Source: Macrostomum lignano (Eukaryota). Taken from it: a stretch of 64,000 nt of DNA. The stretch is from positions 62,001 to 126,000 of the forward strand of contig NIVC01002247.1 of the NCBI GenBank assembly GCA_002269645.1. The letters are read 5' to 3'. Shown here one piece after another: positions 1 through 38,736 of the stretch. The stretch's first letter is position 1, and every line of letters begins with the position of its first letter. The notes below the pieces were generated by a model. That model was not told the DNA's origin. It did not search any database and worked only from the letters and a program-made list of their open reading frames with translations. A program made the translations under genes and the position numbers.

Positions 1-19
1 TGTGACGTTCGGGTTTCGG

Positions 20-337
20 TCATGCACAGGTCAGCAAAAATGTCCCTGCTAAGCCCTTGGAGGACAAAGTATAGACGGTAATTTTTTGCCCTTTCAGATG
101 ATTTCTCACAGACACTGTCATTTCATCGCCATCGAAATAGTATTTATGCTTGTTATCAAAATCGATCACCCAGCAAACCCAATGAAAATCCGGCCCATCA
201 GCGGTATCAAAGTTCATGATACCGCATTCCCTTTCAGAGGGGACTCGGCCTCGGTCCTTGCACAGTTCCTTTCTGCCATAGCGCAGTTTCGTATTGTGCT
301 TTTGCAAGAGAGTTTTAACAGCGCCCATGAGTTCCAT
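20..337 (-). mobile_element. Decayed Polinton/Maverick-type adenain-like cysteine protease fragment
   Basis: The ORF contains ECGIMNFDTADGPDFHWVCW...KYYFD, which matches from memory the Polinton protease pattern ECGIxNLD...GTHWV...YFDSFG. GTHW has decayed to DFHW. After FD the similarity continues only in another frame (NYRLYFVL, compared with CGxYCLYFL). Confidence 0.55.
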
Positions 338-3017
338 ACCAGGATCAGATATGCGATTTTTTCTGGTTAGGTGGGGATCACAGATACTAGGATAACTAGA
401 TGGGCCACTCAGGCATATATACTTAGCAAAACAGCTTTCTACTTTCAGTTCAGTAGCAATGAAGAATATATATGGTATTTTATAGGAATAAAGGCAGCTG
501 AGATGACTTTGATAAGTTTAGAAGCCAAGTGTCACGTTATTGGCGTAGCGGCTAACTATGGCTGTGACCCTTAAAAGGGCCATTTTAACAAGCGTTGCAG
601 TAAGTCGTAGTCCCAAAACAAGTTGAAGTCAACTCTTGCAAAGCGGATTGTGTAGCGGAGCACTTGGCAATAAAGGCAGGAAACTGCCGTAGTTGTTTTT
701 ATTGTTAATATCAATATTAGGCTTGGTTAGGACTGTCAATACACAGACTATGGCTTTCTGGGCACTGGCGGCGGCAACAACGGGTTGAATATAATTTGGA
801 TATGAAGCCAAGTGACAGGCGAATGATGCAATGACGACGTAACGTGGTGAGCAGTGGCAATGAGCACAGTGGAGGCAGTGAGTAGCAGTGGCGAGATTGG
901 CGTCAGCCGTGGCGTGAGACAGTCAAGTATGCGTGTGAGTAGGCTGGCCCAGACGGAGGGGCCGTGGCGAGAAATAAGGAGGCTCGAGGCAGCCAGACAG
1001 AGAGAATGAGGCAGGCACAAGGCCAAGGACCAGAACAGACAGGAACAGACAAGAACAGATAAGGACAGATAAGAACAGATAAGGACAGATAAGTGAGGAG
1101 GGCCCGCCGCCAGGCGGGGGTTTAATAAAGGAGCGCAGAGGGGGGCAGCGCGAAGCACGAGTGGTTTTCATTGGCTGGCGAGAGAACTTAAAATTATCGA
1201 TCGTGCCAATTTTATACGGTCGCGAGAGAGGATAGCAAAATATACAGTGAATTAGAAATTGCCACAAAATCGTTGGGCACTACTACAAGTAAACGTCGCA
1301 AAAACAAATGGAAAAGTTTAGTTGAAACGGTGAAACTGAAGGGTTGAAACTATAGAGAAACAGCAGTCCGACGGCCCTTTTCGGGACCACCTTAAACTGG
1401 CAACGTCACACCAAGCTTATAGACGTAAACAGCTTGCTAATTGGTTCAGCCATAGTGTACGAGTACATTAGCCACTGAAATGTACATGGCAGATTTAGGC
1501 AGGAACAACCGAGAAGGGTAATAAAAATTGGTTGGCGGGGGAAGGGGTAGAGTTGGTGGGGCGTTTCCTGTGTCTTAGCGTCTTCCTTTGTCTTAGCGTC
1601 TTTAAGCTTGGGGGTTAGGAGTCAATAAATAAGCCTTGTCTTTAAAAATACATTAAAATGCTTCGGTTTAACTTCGTACTGAACTGAAAGTAAATTTCGC
1701 ATTTAGCTTCTACTCGTATGAGCGTGGAAATACAAATATATTTAAAAATACATTTAGTTTAGACAGCCACTTTTCTACTGTATCTTTAGTTCCTTACTTA
1801 GTGCCATGAGTTTTCTGACTACAGCTTACCTATACAAAGTATTTTCGTAAAGTGCTTTTAGTGTCTCGTCTGATATTTTTAGTAAATAATTTTTAGTATA
1901 TTGGAAGTATACTATATTTTAATTAGTAAACAATTATTAGAAAATTCACGGTCCAACCCGTGCTTATATGCACATTGTGTACTAGAAAAGCTGTCGCACC
2001 CAAGCAAAGGTTTGACAACCCAAGGTTGTAAGTACATGTATTGGGGGCCACTGAACCCCTCAAAATACAGTTTGATGAAAATAATAACCGAGGGAAGAGG
2101 GCTGACTGGCTTTTGCCTTCACTAAAAAGCCTAGGGATTAGGTCAGAAAAATCGATACAATCTCTGCAGTCAGAGAGCAAACTGGGTGAATAGGAGCTTA
2201 TATCTCTCTCTTGTTCTCGCTGATTTTTCTGCTCTATTTTCTGCTATCTTCTGCTTACGAGATAGAAATGTTTTCAAAAACACTGGCCTCTACAGGCCCT
2301 ATTGTGACTTAGAGGTTCGCATCTCAAACTCGCAGTTCCGAATATTATTCAATGCAGTGTATATTTCTTAGTCAACGAGAACGCTTAGACGCAATACCAA
2401 GCAATGAATGGTTGAGCAGTGAAGGATTAGCCCTCAAGCAGTTTCTCTTTGTGCCCTGGTTAGGCAACTAACAACCCCCTCTCCAAAGCATTGCTGCCAG
2501 TCCTCTGTGTCAGGCGTTCGCATCCTGCCGGCTTGGCCCTCAAACCTGAGTTCCCTTTGGGCGTTGAGATCGGCTAGTCTAGAGTTCGTCTGTTTGGTAG
2601 CCGTGGTCGAGACGCGTTAGGTTAGTTTTTTTTCCACTCCGATGCAAATGCTTTTGTTGTGCTTACAAGAGGTAAAGGTTTTCTGCTGCCAAGCCACAGT
2701 GCGCCAGGCAGGTGCTCTGTTTCAATGATTTATAAAGAGACAAAATTGTGCACACGCGCCTCCGAGGATGAAGGTTTCATTTTTGAGTTGTACCGACGGA
2801 GAGTACCGCTGATCTTCACTGCAAGCTTTCTGCATTTTGCTGCACAAACTCGGTTATTGAAAGCCAGGTAGCTCGTAATTCATATTCCCAATTCATTACT
2901 TTGAATGCATGACTTCCAGCCCCATTCTCCGTTCTAATCTAGATTGGCTGAATCTCATCGCACAAAATCCTATCTCTACAAATCTAATCTTAGCCATGAC
3001 TTAGCCATGACAAACAG

Positions 3018-5045
3018 TATTGCACATCGTTGCTGGCGGTGACAAGAAACTCTTGGAAGCACTGCGAGAAAAGTTGACAACCCTTAAATTAGAAAAACTC
3101 ATTGCCGATCGCGATGGCAGAGGCAGAAACGCTATCGGTCTGTCTTGGTTCCGCAATCTCACGCTATTTGTTTTCCTCCTGCTGGTAAACATTGTGATGG
3201 TTAACCTGCTGATCGCTCTGTTCAGCCTTCGGGTGAGTTCGATTCACAGTAAGGCCATCGGAATCTGGAGACAGGTATATTTTGAGCTGCTTCGCGAGTA
3301 CCAGCGGCGAGCTGCACTGTACTGCTGTTGCATCAATCGAAAATGTTCGCGAGTTGGTCCTGACAGAAAACCAGAGTCTGTGAGTTCGGCTTTTACTTAC
3401 TTGACTTGGCTGCGGAGGGACCGGGCATCCGGCAAGGACTTCTAGACTAACAGGACGTAAAACTCAAAGATCGTGCAATTTTTTGGAGGCTACGATTTCC
3501 AGGAAAGATAGGAAAAAATCAGTTTTTCGTCACAAAATCAGTAATTGTATTTGATCTGGGGCAGTGAAGACTACCATTCTTTTAATTTAACATGCACAAC
3601 CTGTTACTCTATTATATTTTCATATAGCTGTGTAGTGAAGTTTTCATTTTCAAATTGTTTTCACTTTATTTCATAAGCCCAAAGTTGCAAATACTAACAA
3701 GTGGCATTAGCCAAACTTTTTGTGTTGTTGTTTTTTTAAATAAAGTATATTTGTAATAAAAACATTGCATGTAGGTACTGTTAGTCTTAAGCTATTTTTT
3801 TTCTAAACTGATTTTTAGTTTAGGATTAGTTTAGTTTAGTTTAGTTTAGTTTTATTTTATCAGAAAACAGATTTTTCCTATCTTCGCAGTGTATTTTTTC
3901 CAGGAAATCGTGGCCTCCATAAAATTGCACGATCTTTGAGTTTTACGCCCTGTAAGTCTAGAAGTCCTGGGCATCCGGATGCAGCGGGAAGGCGTTGACG
4001 CCCGTTGGGCCAGCGACTTGGCCACCTCGAGCAGCTAGTGCTTCCCCTTTGAAGAGTGGATGAGACGCGCCTTATAGCATCTAGGTGGGGGATGATGTGG
4101 CGGAAATTCTCGGGTCTAAAAACTTCGGTAACATCGATGTTTGGGGCAAGATTGCTCGTAGGTGTGTAAAGGCGATGCAGTCACAGATAAAGTGTTCCGC
4201 ATTCTCAACGCTGGAGAAGCAAAAGGGCATTCCTTACTGCGGATTTTCCCTGAAAGTATTAATGCCTGGCGATGTCGCCATGGGCTGAGATTGAGAGGGC
4301 GTCCAAGAGGTGGAGTCTAAGCAAAACCTTACGAAGGGTAAAAGCTTGGCTTCTCACGGGCTGTTCAAAAATGTAACTTTTGTCCTGGGAGTGTAAGGGA
4401 TATTGACGTTAAACTTCTTCAGGTTTGGGAATGAGCTGAACGAAACGCTAGAAAATGAATTTCATGTGCTGATTTGTAATTTGCAATAATTACAGGTGTT
4501 GTGTGGTCGGAACCTAGATCCAAAACGATAGAACACAGTAGAACATTATCTTTTATAGTAAAAATCCTCCGCCTGCCAACTCTTTAAAGGAAAAAGACGC
4601 TGATCAAGGTGGACCAAAGTACTCCGCGACTTTCCTGCAGTATCTGTATTACCAAGCTCTGCTGTTGCGTAGGATTCGTCCGAAACTGTCGCGAGAAGTG
4701 GAGAAAAATCGAAGTGACTTCGAGCAGCTGAAAGCGCACTCCGAGAATAGCCTGGCAAGAGTGCATGCTGAGATTAGCGAGGATCTGACCTACTTGAAAC
4801 GCAGGCTAAATGAAGTCGAGCACGCCCAGAATCTGCCCGAACGCGAACAAAACAAAGCGAGGCAGGTTGAAGAACATCCGAAACCCGCTGACCGATCCCA
4901 GAGCCTGCAGAGGGCTGCAGCTGGATCTGCGGAACGGCAGCTGGGCCAGCAGAGGCCAGGAGAGGCGAGGCGCGATCGCCGACTACCGAGGAATTCGCAG
5001 GGGACTGTTGGTAGTCTAGCCAAGCGTAAACAAATTTCTGCCTGA
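3018..5045 (+). CDS. TRPM-like cation channel, 3' exons (S6, TRP helix, C-terminal coiled coil)
   Basis: Exon 3018-3379 (cag|...|gtgagt) encodes WFRNLTLFVFLLLVNIVMVNLLIALFS...IWRQVYFELLREY, matching the TRPM S6 NLLIA motif and TRP-helix pattern. The frame open from 4560 to 5045 encodes a coiled-coil-like stretch (EVEKNRSDFEQLKAH...LTYLKRRLNEVE). A linking exon at 4085-4161 fits the phases but is tentative. Upstream exons were not identified. Confidence 0.7.
3433..3969. mobile_element. MITE, Mutator-like, in the TRPM-like intron
   Basis: About 70-bp inverted termini (aggacttctagactaacaggacgtaaaactcaaagatcgtgc... versus ...gcacgatctttgagttttacgccctgtaagtctagaagtcct). Direct repeat GGCATCCGG lies at 3424-3432 and 3970-3978. 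No ORF. Confidence 0.85.
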
Positions 5046-6242
5046 GAAAATTACGGAATCGTATTTCTAAGAAACAAGTGTTTAAGTCGCAGAATGAATT
5101 TCGATTGTGAGTTCACAATCTGTTCAGTTCATTTCTTAGGTGATTGAGAATTAGCGATTAACAGAATCAGTTTGTATAAAATTTCATGGTAAAGACTCCA
5201 CTAAGGTTCTAAATCTTTTTTAGTTATCTAACGGGGAAGGACAATCGCACTGAAGATAAACAATTTTAATATTGTTCAACATGTTTTAAGACAAATCTTA
5301 TTCCAGTTTTCCAATTATGCGCGCTACTTTTGTTTTCTGGTTTAAAAATCGACTTAAATTATTTTTTTTGCTTCTTAATTAAAGACATTTATCCCTGATA
5401 AGACCGGATTCTATTTATATATGAATCTGTAATATTGATAAAAACAATTGAAAAGGCTAATAATAAGGCTATTTAAGTATTTTTAAATATTAGCCAATAC
5501 TCTTAAAGACAAACTAGATGTATCGCTAATGGATACTGTGCTGGTCTACTTACCGTATTTTAATGATAAAAAAGTTATATATATTTTAACTGTCTAAAAC
5601 ATGCACCTGTCACCCGATTCTAATACTTTCTGTAATACTCCATCAAATATTTCAGATCTACAATAATTACTAGAATGCTAAACTTTTCGTGCTATTTATA
5701 GCTACTGCATATTTTCCTCTATTAATATTTAGAGTTCCTAACCAGTACAGAATTCAAACACGTTGAAGTTTTTTAAAATACAATACGAGCTAACCTATAA
5801 GTACATTGAGCTTTCTGTGAGAACACAAAGAAAGCTTAGCAAACGTTCGTCGTAATTAATGGCGTGAGTACTTGAGGGGGCGCTGGATAAAAGTTTGGAC
5901 AATGGGAAATCTGGCACGCCTTCAAACTCCTACATCCTCTCAATTCTGTAACCTAATGTCGCCAAATTCAAGCAATTTGAGCAGAACTTGATTAAACCGA
6001 TAGACATTAGTTGCATTTACTTGTGCAGATATAACAAAAATATTGATATTCGCTTTCAAGTCCGTCGCTTGTATTTCTGAAAAAAAATTCTACACGTTTA
6101 TAGCTCGTTCGAGAGATGGCGACTTGTTGGTCTGTTCTGCTACCGAGTTACAGGTCGTACAAATACGTTGGGTTGGAGAGATGTTTGTTGCTCTTTGCAA
6201 CATTTATACCAATAACATGTTTTTCAACTGCATCCGTGACAG

Positions 6243-7616
6243 TTAGGCTTCGCTTGAGCTCAGCGCCGACTGCAGCATGTTCACCAGGTCCTGAACTGTG
6301 GACCTGGAGATCGGCTTCGCTCCAGAGTCATTGTTGCCGTTGGCGCTCACGCCGCCGCCGCCGCCGCCGCCGCCGCTTGACCTTCTGCGGGACAATTTCT
6401 TTTTATGATCGCCGGAAGTTCCGCTGTTCTGCAGCTGCTTTGCCGGTTCCTGCGCCATCGTTGGCTCCGACTTGTCGCTGTCCTTGCGCTTCCCCTGGTC
6501 GGGTCGGCGCCGCTTCACCAGAATCTTTGTGGCACGAACTGCGTGAATTGAAGTTTCGGCCTGGACTGCGTGAGCTCACCGCTACTCCCGGTCTTCAACA
6601 ATGATAGATCTTAGCTTCCAACCAATTTTTTTTACAATTCTTGCTACTTACTGGAAAGCAAAAAATCGTCCCTTACCCATCTTCGGCTTCTTCGAGGCGG
6701 CGCTGACTGTCGTGGCCGGAGTTGTTGCCGTCTGCGTTGCATGCTGAGCAGCCGTCTGAGGCGCCTCCGCTGGCTCTGACCGACTCTGACGGCTGCGCGA
6801 GTTCGAGTCCGCGGCGCCGCCACCGGCTCCTGCCCCGGATGTCCGTCTGGCTCGACTTCGAATACGACGCGCACCCGCCGAATCCCCTGACGTCGACGCC
6901 ACTTCGACTCGCTTGTCGGTGGCGGCAGCGGCGGGTTCGCCAGGCGCAGCTGACGATCCCGACGATCGAATCCGCTTTGTTCTGACGACTTTGCGCACAA
7001 CGCGCCGACGCTTCGAGCGCTGCGCATTGGGATCGGCCGGCGCGACAGCCGACGCAGCAGAATTGTGATGCGCGCTGCGTACCGGCAGAGGCTGCTGCTG
7101 CTGCAGCAAAGATGCCTGGCCCGATGACGTAACTGCCGATGCCGAGGTCGAAGAGGCATCAACGGAAACTGCCAGCGACTGAGCGGAGCGGACAGTTGCA
7201 AAACTGAGTCGCTGGCGGCAGGACTGGCAATGCGACAAGCGAGTGATGAGAGCTTTGATTTCCTCCAGGCCAGCCACAGCCTGTGCCATTAGGTCTTGGT
7301 CGCAGTCATTGTCGCTGCTGTTCTTGACTACTTGTTGCGTCGTGAGCAATGGTTGTTGCTGCTGCTGCATGTCCTGCTGCGGCTGCTTCGCCTGTGCAGC
7401 GGGCAGCGCAGAGTTCTTATTTTCAATTGGCGTGGCGTCCAAGCTGGCCTGATCGTCCGAGCCCTCGTCCGTCGTGGTGTCGTAGATGCAGATCACCCGC
7501 TTGTTCTTGCCGTCCTTCAGGCGGCCAACTTTCGGTTGCAGGACGGCTGCGCCGGGCTTGGCGGCAGAGGCGCCGCCAGCCGCCGACTGGCCCGCGTTGT
7601 TGTTTTCGTCCATCAT
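6243..7616 (-). CDS. Orphan low-complexity S/A/Q/R-rich protein, probably two exons
   Basis: A 322-aa GC-rich ORF starts at an ATG (7616) and has candidate donors at about 6675 (G|gtaagg) and 6651 (CA|gtaagt). A second GC-rich segment at 6243-6600 follows; its frame and stop are ambiguous. No recognisable domain. Confidence 0.55.
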
Positions 7617-7817
7617 CGCCTGAGGCTGGACAGAATGAGCTGTTTGAAAGTGAGCTGCTGCGCTGGATCGGCTTGGCTTAGCTATGAGTGCTGCCTTTCC
7701 TAGAGAGCTTGAAGCTGCGTCCCGGCGGCTGTTTAGTCTGTGGCCCGGAGCCCACCAAGTCTAGCGTAGCCAGGCTGCTATTTTAGCGCACTCTTATCAA
7801 ATTAGTTTTACTAAAGA

Positions 7818-8125
7818 CTAAGTGGTTAGAGCGTCGGACTCACGACTTGAAGGTCGGGGTTCGATTCCCGATCCCACTGGAACAATTTGTGTCCTTGAGC
7901 AAGACACTTAACTCTGAATTGCTTCAGTTCACCCAGCTGTAAAATGGGTGCCAGTATTAGCTGGGGTGATTGAGGGTGTGTGTGGCGACCCCCCAGTCCT
8001 TGGACTGAACAGCCGTACGCAGCATTCAGATGCGCCGCGCAATAGCTGCGGCTGAGCTGTCGGATGCACATCTGACTCAATTGAGGCAGGTGTAATCAAG
8101 TTTATTAATATTATTATATTATTAT
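7818..8125 (+). mobile_element. tRNA-derived CORE-SINE (MIR-like), slightly 5'-truncated
   Basis: A box TGGTTAGAGC (7823) and B box GGTTCGATTCC (7858-7868). Segment 7888-7948 (TGTGTCCTTGAGCAAGACACTTAAC...CAGCTGTAAAATGGG) aligns by eye to the MIR CORE domain. Ends in an (ATT)-like tail. Confidence 0.8.
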
Positions 8126-8365
8126 GTAGTAGGGGGTTTAGTTCAAGCAGTTTTGCTAAGGGCGTTTGCCAAGGTTTCCGATTCGTCGAGATAATTATTT
8201 AGTTTTCCGAAATCGAGAATAAGCAGTTTTGCTTTTACGCTACTGTTAGTAGTTCACCCTCGGGGAAATATCTGAAGTTGTGGGAATTCGAGTATTAGCG
8301 GGTTCCTCTATTAGTAAAAGGCTGTTTAGCATTAAAAGGTGCGGTTATTGCTAGTTGAAAACTAT

Positions 8366-8426
8366 ACTTGGACTGAACAGATTTCGGTTGCACATCTGCC
8401 CATTAGGACAGGTGTAATCAATTATT
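8366..8426 (+). mobile_element. Degenerate 3' fragment of the same SINE family
   Basis: TTGGACTGAACAG...GCACATCTG...CAGGTGTAATCAA-TTATTAT recapitulates the 3' end of the element at 7818-8125. Confidence 0.6.
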
Positions 8427-8573
8427 ATCCCAGCATGGTTGCCACGGCTCTAGGCCTTCGGGCCATCTCTAATAGGCATTGGGGGCCTTCTAACCTGGTT
8501 TGTGGGCACGGGCTTCCTGACTGGTTCGTCGAACCGCTACTGTCCCCCGGGGAGGTTTGGTTTTTCTGATACT

Positions 8574-8888
8574 GCCCTGTACAGTCCTCTATAGTCTAAC
8601 TTGGCTTTTAGTGTACATTAGTACACTCCCAATCAGGAATCTAAATTATCTCTAGTGGCGTAAGAGCCTTTTTACTTAGGCTGAGGCGCCGGAATACTTA
8701 TCATAGTCATAGTCTCGGGAAAAGCCCTGTACAGTCCTCTATAGTCTAATTTGGCTTTTAGTGTACATGAGTACACTCCCAATCTGGAATCTAAATTATC
8801 TCTAGTGGCGTAAGAGCCTTTTTACTTAGGCTGAGGCGCCGGAAGTACTTATCATAGTCATAGTCATAGTCATAGTCTCGGGAAAAGC
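8574..8888. repeat. Tandem duplication of ~150 bp (2 copies)
   Basis: The unit GCCCTGTACAGTCCTCTATAG...TCATAGTCTCGGGAAAA starts at 8574 and again at 8724. Confidence 0.9.
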
Positions 8889-10209
8889 ATCCGTTCGGGA
8901 CAATCAGTCAAGGATCCTGTTCAGGACCGTCCATTGGACAACGTTTGTAAAAGACCAAAAGTCTTAAATAAGCCAGACTAAGGGAGTCTCCCCTTTATAA
9001 AATAAAATTAATATATATAAGGAAGTATAAAAGGTAAGAACGGGGTAAAATAGGGAGACTAAGAGGAGTCTACCGCTTAGTCAAAACGGAGTCTACCGAG
9101 AATAGGAATTAGTAGTCAGTTAGATAGAAGTAAGGGAAAGGAACCAGGAGTCTACCGGTTCTAATAACATAGTAATAATAGTGCTTAAATCTTTTGCATA
9201 TTTTGTTTAATAATATCATTTTCTTTTGTTTGTTTATTCCAATAATCTTCCATGAAGTCGACTCTTGTCTCACTTATTTTAATTTAAACTATTATCATAA
9301 GGGACATTAGTCTGGTGGCAGCAACCTACCAAATTAGAGTACATGATAACAGAAGTAATAATAGAAAACAGAATAAACCAGTAGCTTAACCGCGAGGCAC
9401 GCCCATTCCAATTATTATTTTTTACTAAAGACATTACATACTTATTACATAGATTGTTATACAACACAGTCGATTGCGGTGGGCATACTTCTAAGATTTG
9501 TTTATTTTCATCTAGAAGCTACTGAGCCCCTCAGTCAGGCTGCTCACCCTTCTGGACAAATTCATTTCATTTCTAAACGAGGCCAAACTCATGGACTAGC
9601 AAAGAAATTTCAAGTTGCATTATTTTAGATTTAGCCATCGAAAAGCATTTCCTTCCCATTATGAAAAAAAGACACAGAGAAGAATGCAAGAGAGACAAAT
9701 CAGGCTCGCCCATTGCCCCCCTCCCCCTCCCAGCTCTACTGCAACTTGACATTGTTGTGTTTGAGCTGCTTTTGAAATATTATTATTTGCAGCATTGTGC
9801 GGTCGGGGCTGGGCACAGTGGCCAAGCTTTGAGTCCCTCTTGGAGGAGAGGGCAGTTTGGAAGCGAGGGACGCCCCCCCCCCCAGCCCCACACTTACTGT
9901 TTCTGCACGCAAGTTCGAGTACAACAGCAGCTGACCTGTCCCCCCTCCCCAGCTCGAACCCAACTGCTCACTGCATCACCCTCATCTGACAGAGGGGTGT
10001 GGGGGAGTTGCACATTCTTGTTAGAACAATGGAGAGCTCTGGCAGAAACCTGACAGCGCCATAAAAGGTAAAAAAAGGCCACCTGTAGGCTGCGAGGCAT
10101 TTGCCAGAAGCATCAAAAGTTTTCAATTCAAAGCAGAGTGCACCGACTTTCGCCGAGATCTTCACCGTTGAATTGTGCCAGAAGTCGAGCGCAGCACTCG
10201 GTTGTTGCT

Positions 10210-36738
<26,529 letters not shown>

Positions 36739-38736
36739 ACGCAGAGACTGCTGGCAGTAGTAGGCTTATCTTAGATTTTCTTCAACCTTAGCCGCTCAGA
36801 TGCTTGAACCCCAAATGCTCCCAATGCTCACATTAGATGTGACTCACCTAAATGTACTTTAAATTAATATGCAAGTAAACTCAATTGAGATGCTTCCCAA
36901 CAGCAATAATGCTTTGCATGAACTAAACTTGATAACTATTCAACCTTCGCCACCAAATTAAGCACAAGCAGCTGCATGGTCAGTTGATGAGGAATAAATA
37001 ATTGGCTGGTTCTACAAGATGAAGGTAAAAGAGCGACCAGTGATCCGTTGTTATCAGAAACGATTTATCGATTTCAGACATGCATAAAATACTGCACCTG
37101 AGAAATATATCACATTCTGCACCGCTAGCCAGTGTGACAAATTCTGTCAATCATTTTCTACTTTCATTTATTGTTTCTGCACTACGAGTAGGAGGCATAA
37201 TCTATGTGTATTGGGACATGCAGCAAGTGTCAGGGGTACTACAGAATCGGGTTGTCAGAGGGGGCGCAAATGCGTGCGCTACCTACGCGAATGGCTACTA
37301 ATGCGTTTATTTGCACTTTAAAGATACTGCATGTACTTTTTTTGGTCTGTGACCATAATTTTATTGTTTTTATGTACAATGTATCTTACTACATTAGCTT
37401 ATACAGTTATAAAATAATAGACTGGTAATCAACATTTCAGGCTACCTCGGGGTGCAGCATCACCTAAACGCTGCCAAAACTGCAGACTGCTCAGCTGTTC
37501 TCAACTCGCAACTGATCGACTCAAAAATACTTCAACTGATTGAAAAATACTTTGCTCAGCTTTTTGTGTTACCCTGTTTGAGTCTCATCTCTCCCTAGCT
37601 TATCCGCTCGTATTCGTAATGTTCGCATTTACTAAAAATTAACTTGTTATTGTATTATTATTATAATTTAGCTTACACTAGCAGTCACAGTAAAATTTGC
37701 CTTGACACCGAAGCTGCGGCGTAGAAATTACGGTATACGAATATCAAGCAAGATCAGACGCTTTCAAGCTACTTTTAAAAGTAGTAGTATAATGAAGAAG
37801 CTCCAAGTCCTGCAGCTTCTGTGTCGTGTCGGCAAGTGCGTATTATCGGAACCCAATGATCCCGCCTGTTGTCCTCTTGAATATTTCTATTTTATTAGTT
37901 ATTCAAAGTCATTGCTGGCTACTCGCGGAACAGTAAGTAAGTAGTATTACGAGCGTACACGCATATTCAGTAATTTTGTCTTGCTTAACCTTAAATTGTC
38001 ATTTGAATCGCGCTGGTAAACATTTACAATAATTCCCAATTTTCGTGCCGCCTCCCCGTCTCCCATCTGCGGAATCCCCAAACCAACCCGAGCCAGCGCA
38101 CTGGTGATTGAATAATGCGAAAATAAACAAACTTGCATAGTAAGGCTTATTGCTGTCACCCCCTGCATTATTAGCATTGTTTACCAGAAATTTATCAAAT
38201 TCACGAAAATCACAGCTTCTGAGTACCTGATTTTTAATTCGCCTCAGTTGTCATGGCAACATTTGGTCTATTTAACTTGCACATTACAAATCAAGGTTAA
38301 TTACACAGGAATGCGAAATTGCAAAAGAATTTAAATAGAGCACCATGCCATTTGAAAGCGGATCATACTACTAACTGAGTAGCAGTAGAGACATTAGCAA
38401 ATAGTCAGTATAAATATGGAAAACTTATAGGTCAGCAAAATTTTGTTAAAATAAAAAAAATGACGCAAAATGCCGCACAGCTGTACAGAAAAGCCGCTCT
38501 CAAAGCAGACAGAAGCAACAAACTTAAATTTAAAAAAAGTACATCAATATTAAAAAGCCGCAATACGACTCGCAAAGTGCCAACAAGGACGGAACAATTT
38601 ATGGCTAACATTAACTAGCATAGAAGCAAAAATTGTAACAACAATAATTAAGGAATACCGCAGACTGTCCGTCACAGAAACTTGCGAAATGAATGATCAC
38701 AAACAGCTGTGAAAGATGTGACAATTCGCAGGCTAA

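Noticed and set aside
7818-7875. Stand-alone tRNA gene
   Set aside because: A and B boxes are present, but there is no acceptor-stem closure and the sequence runs into a CORE domain, so it is a SINE head.
37947-38177. AARKLGIIVNVYQ as an OTU-like protease fragment
   Set aside because: Too short and lacks catalytic context.
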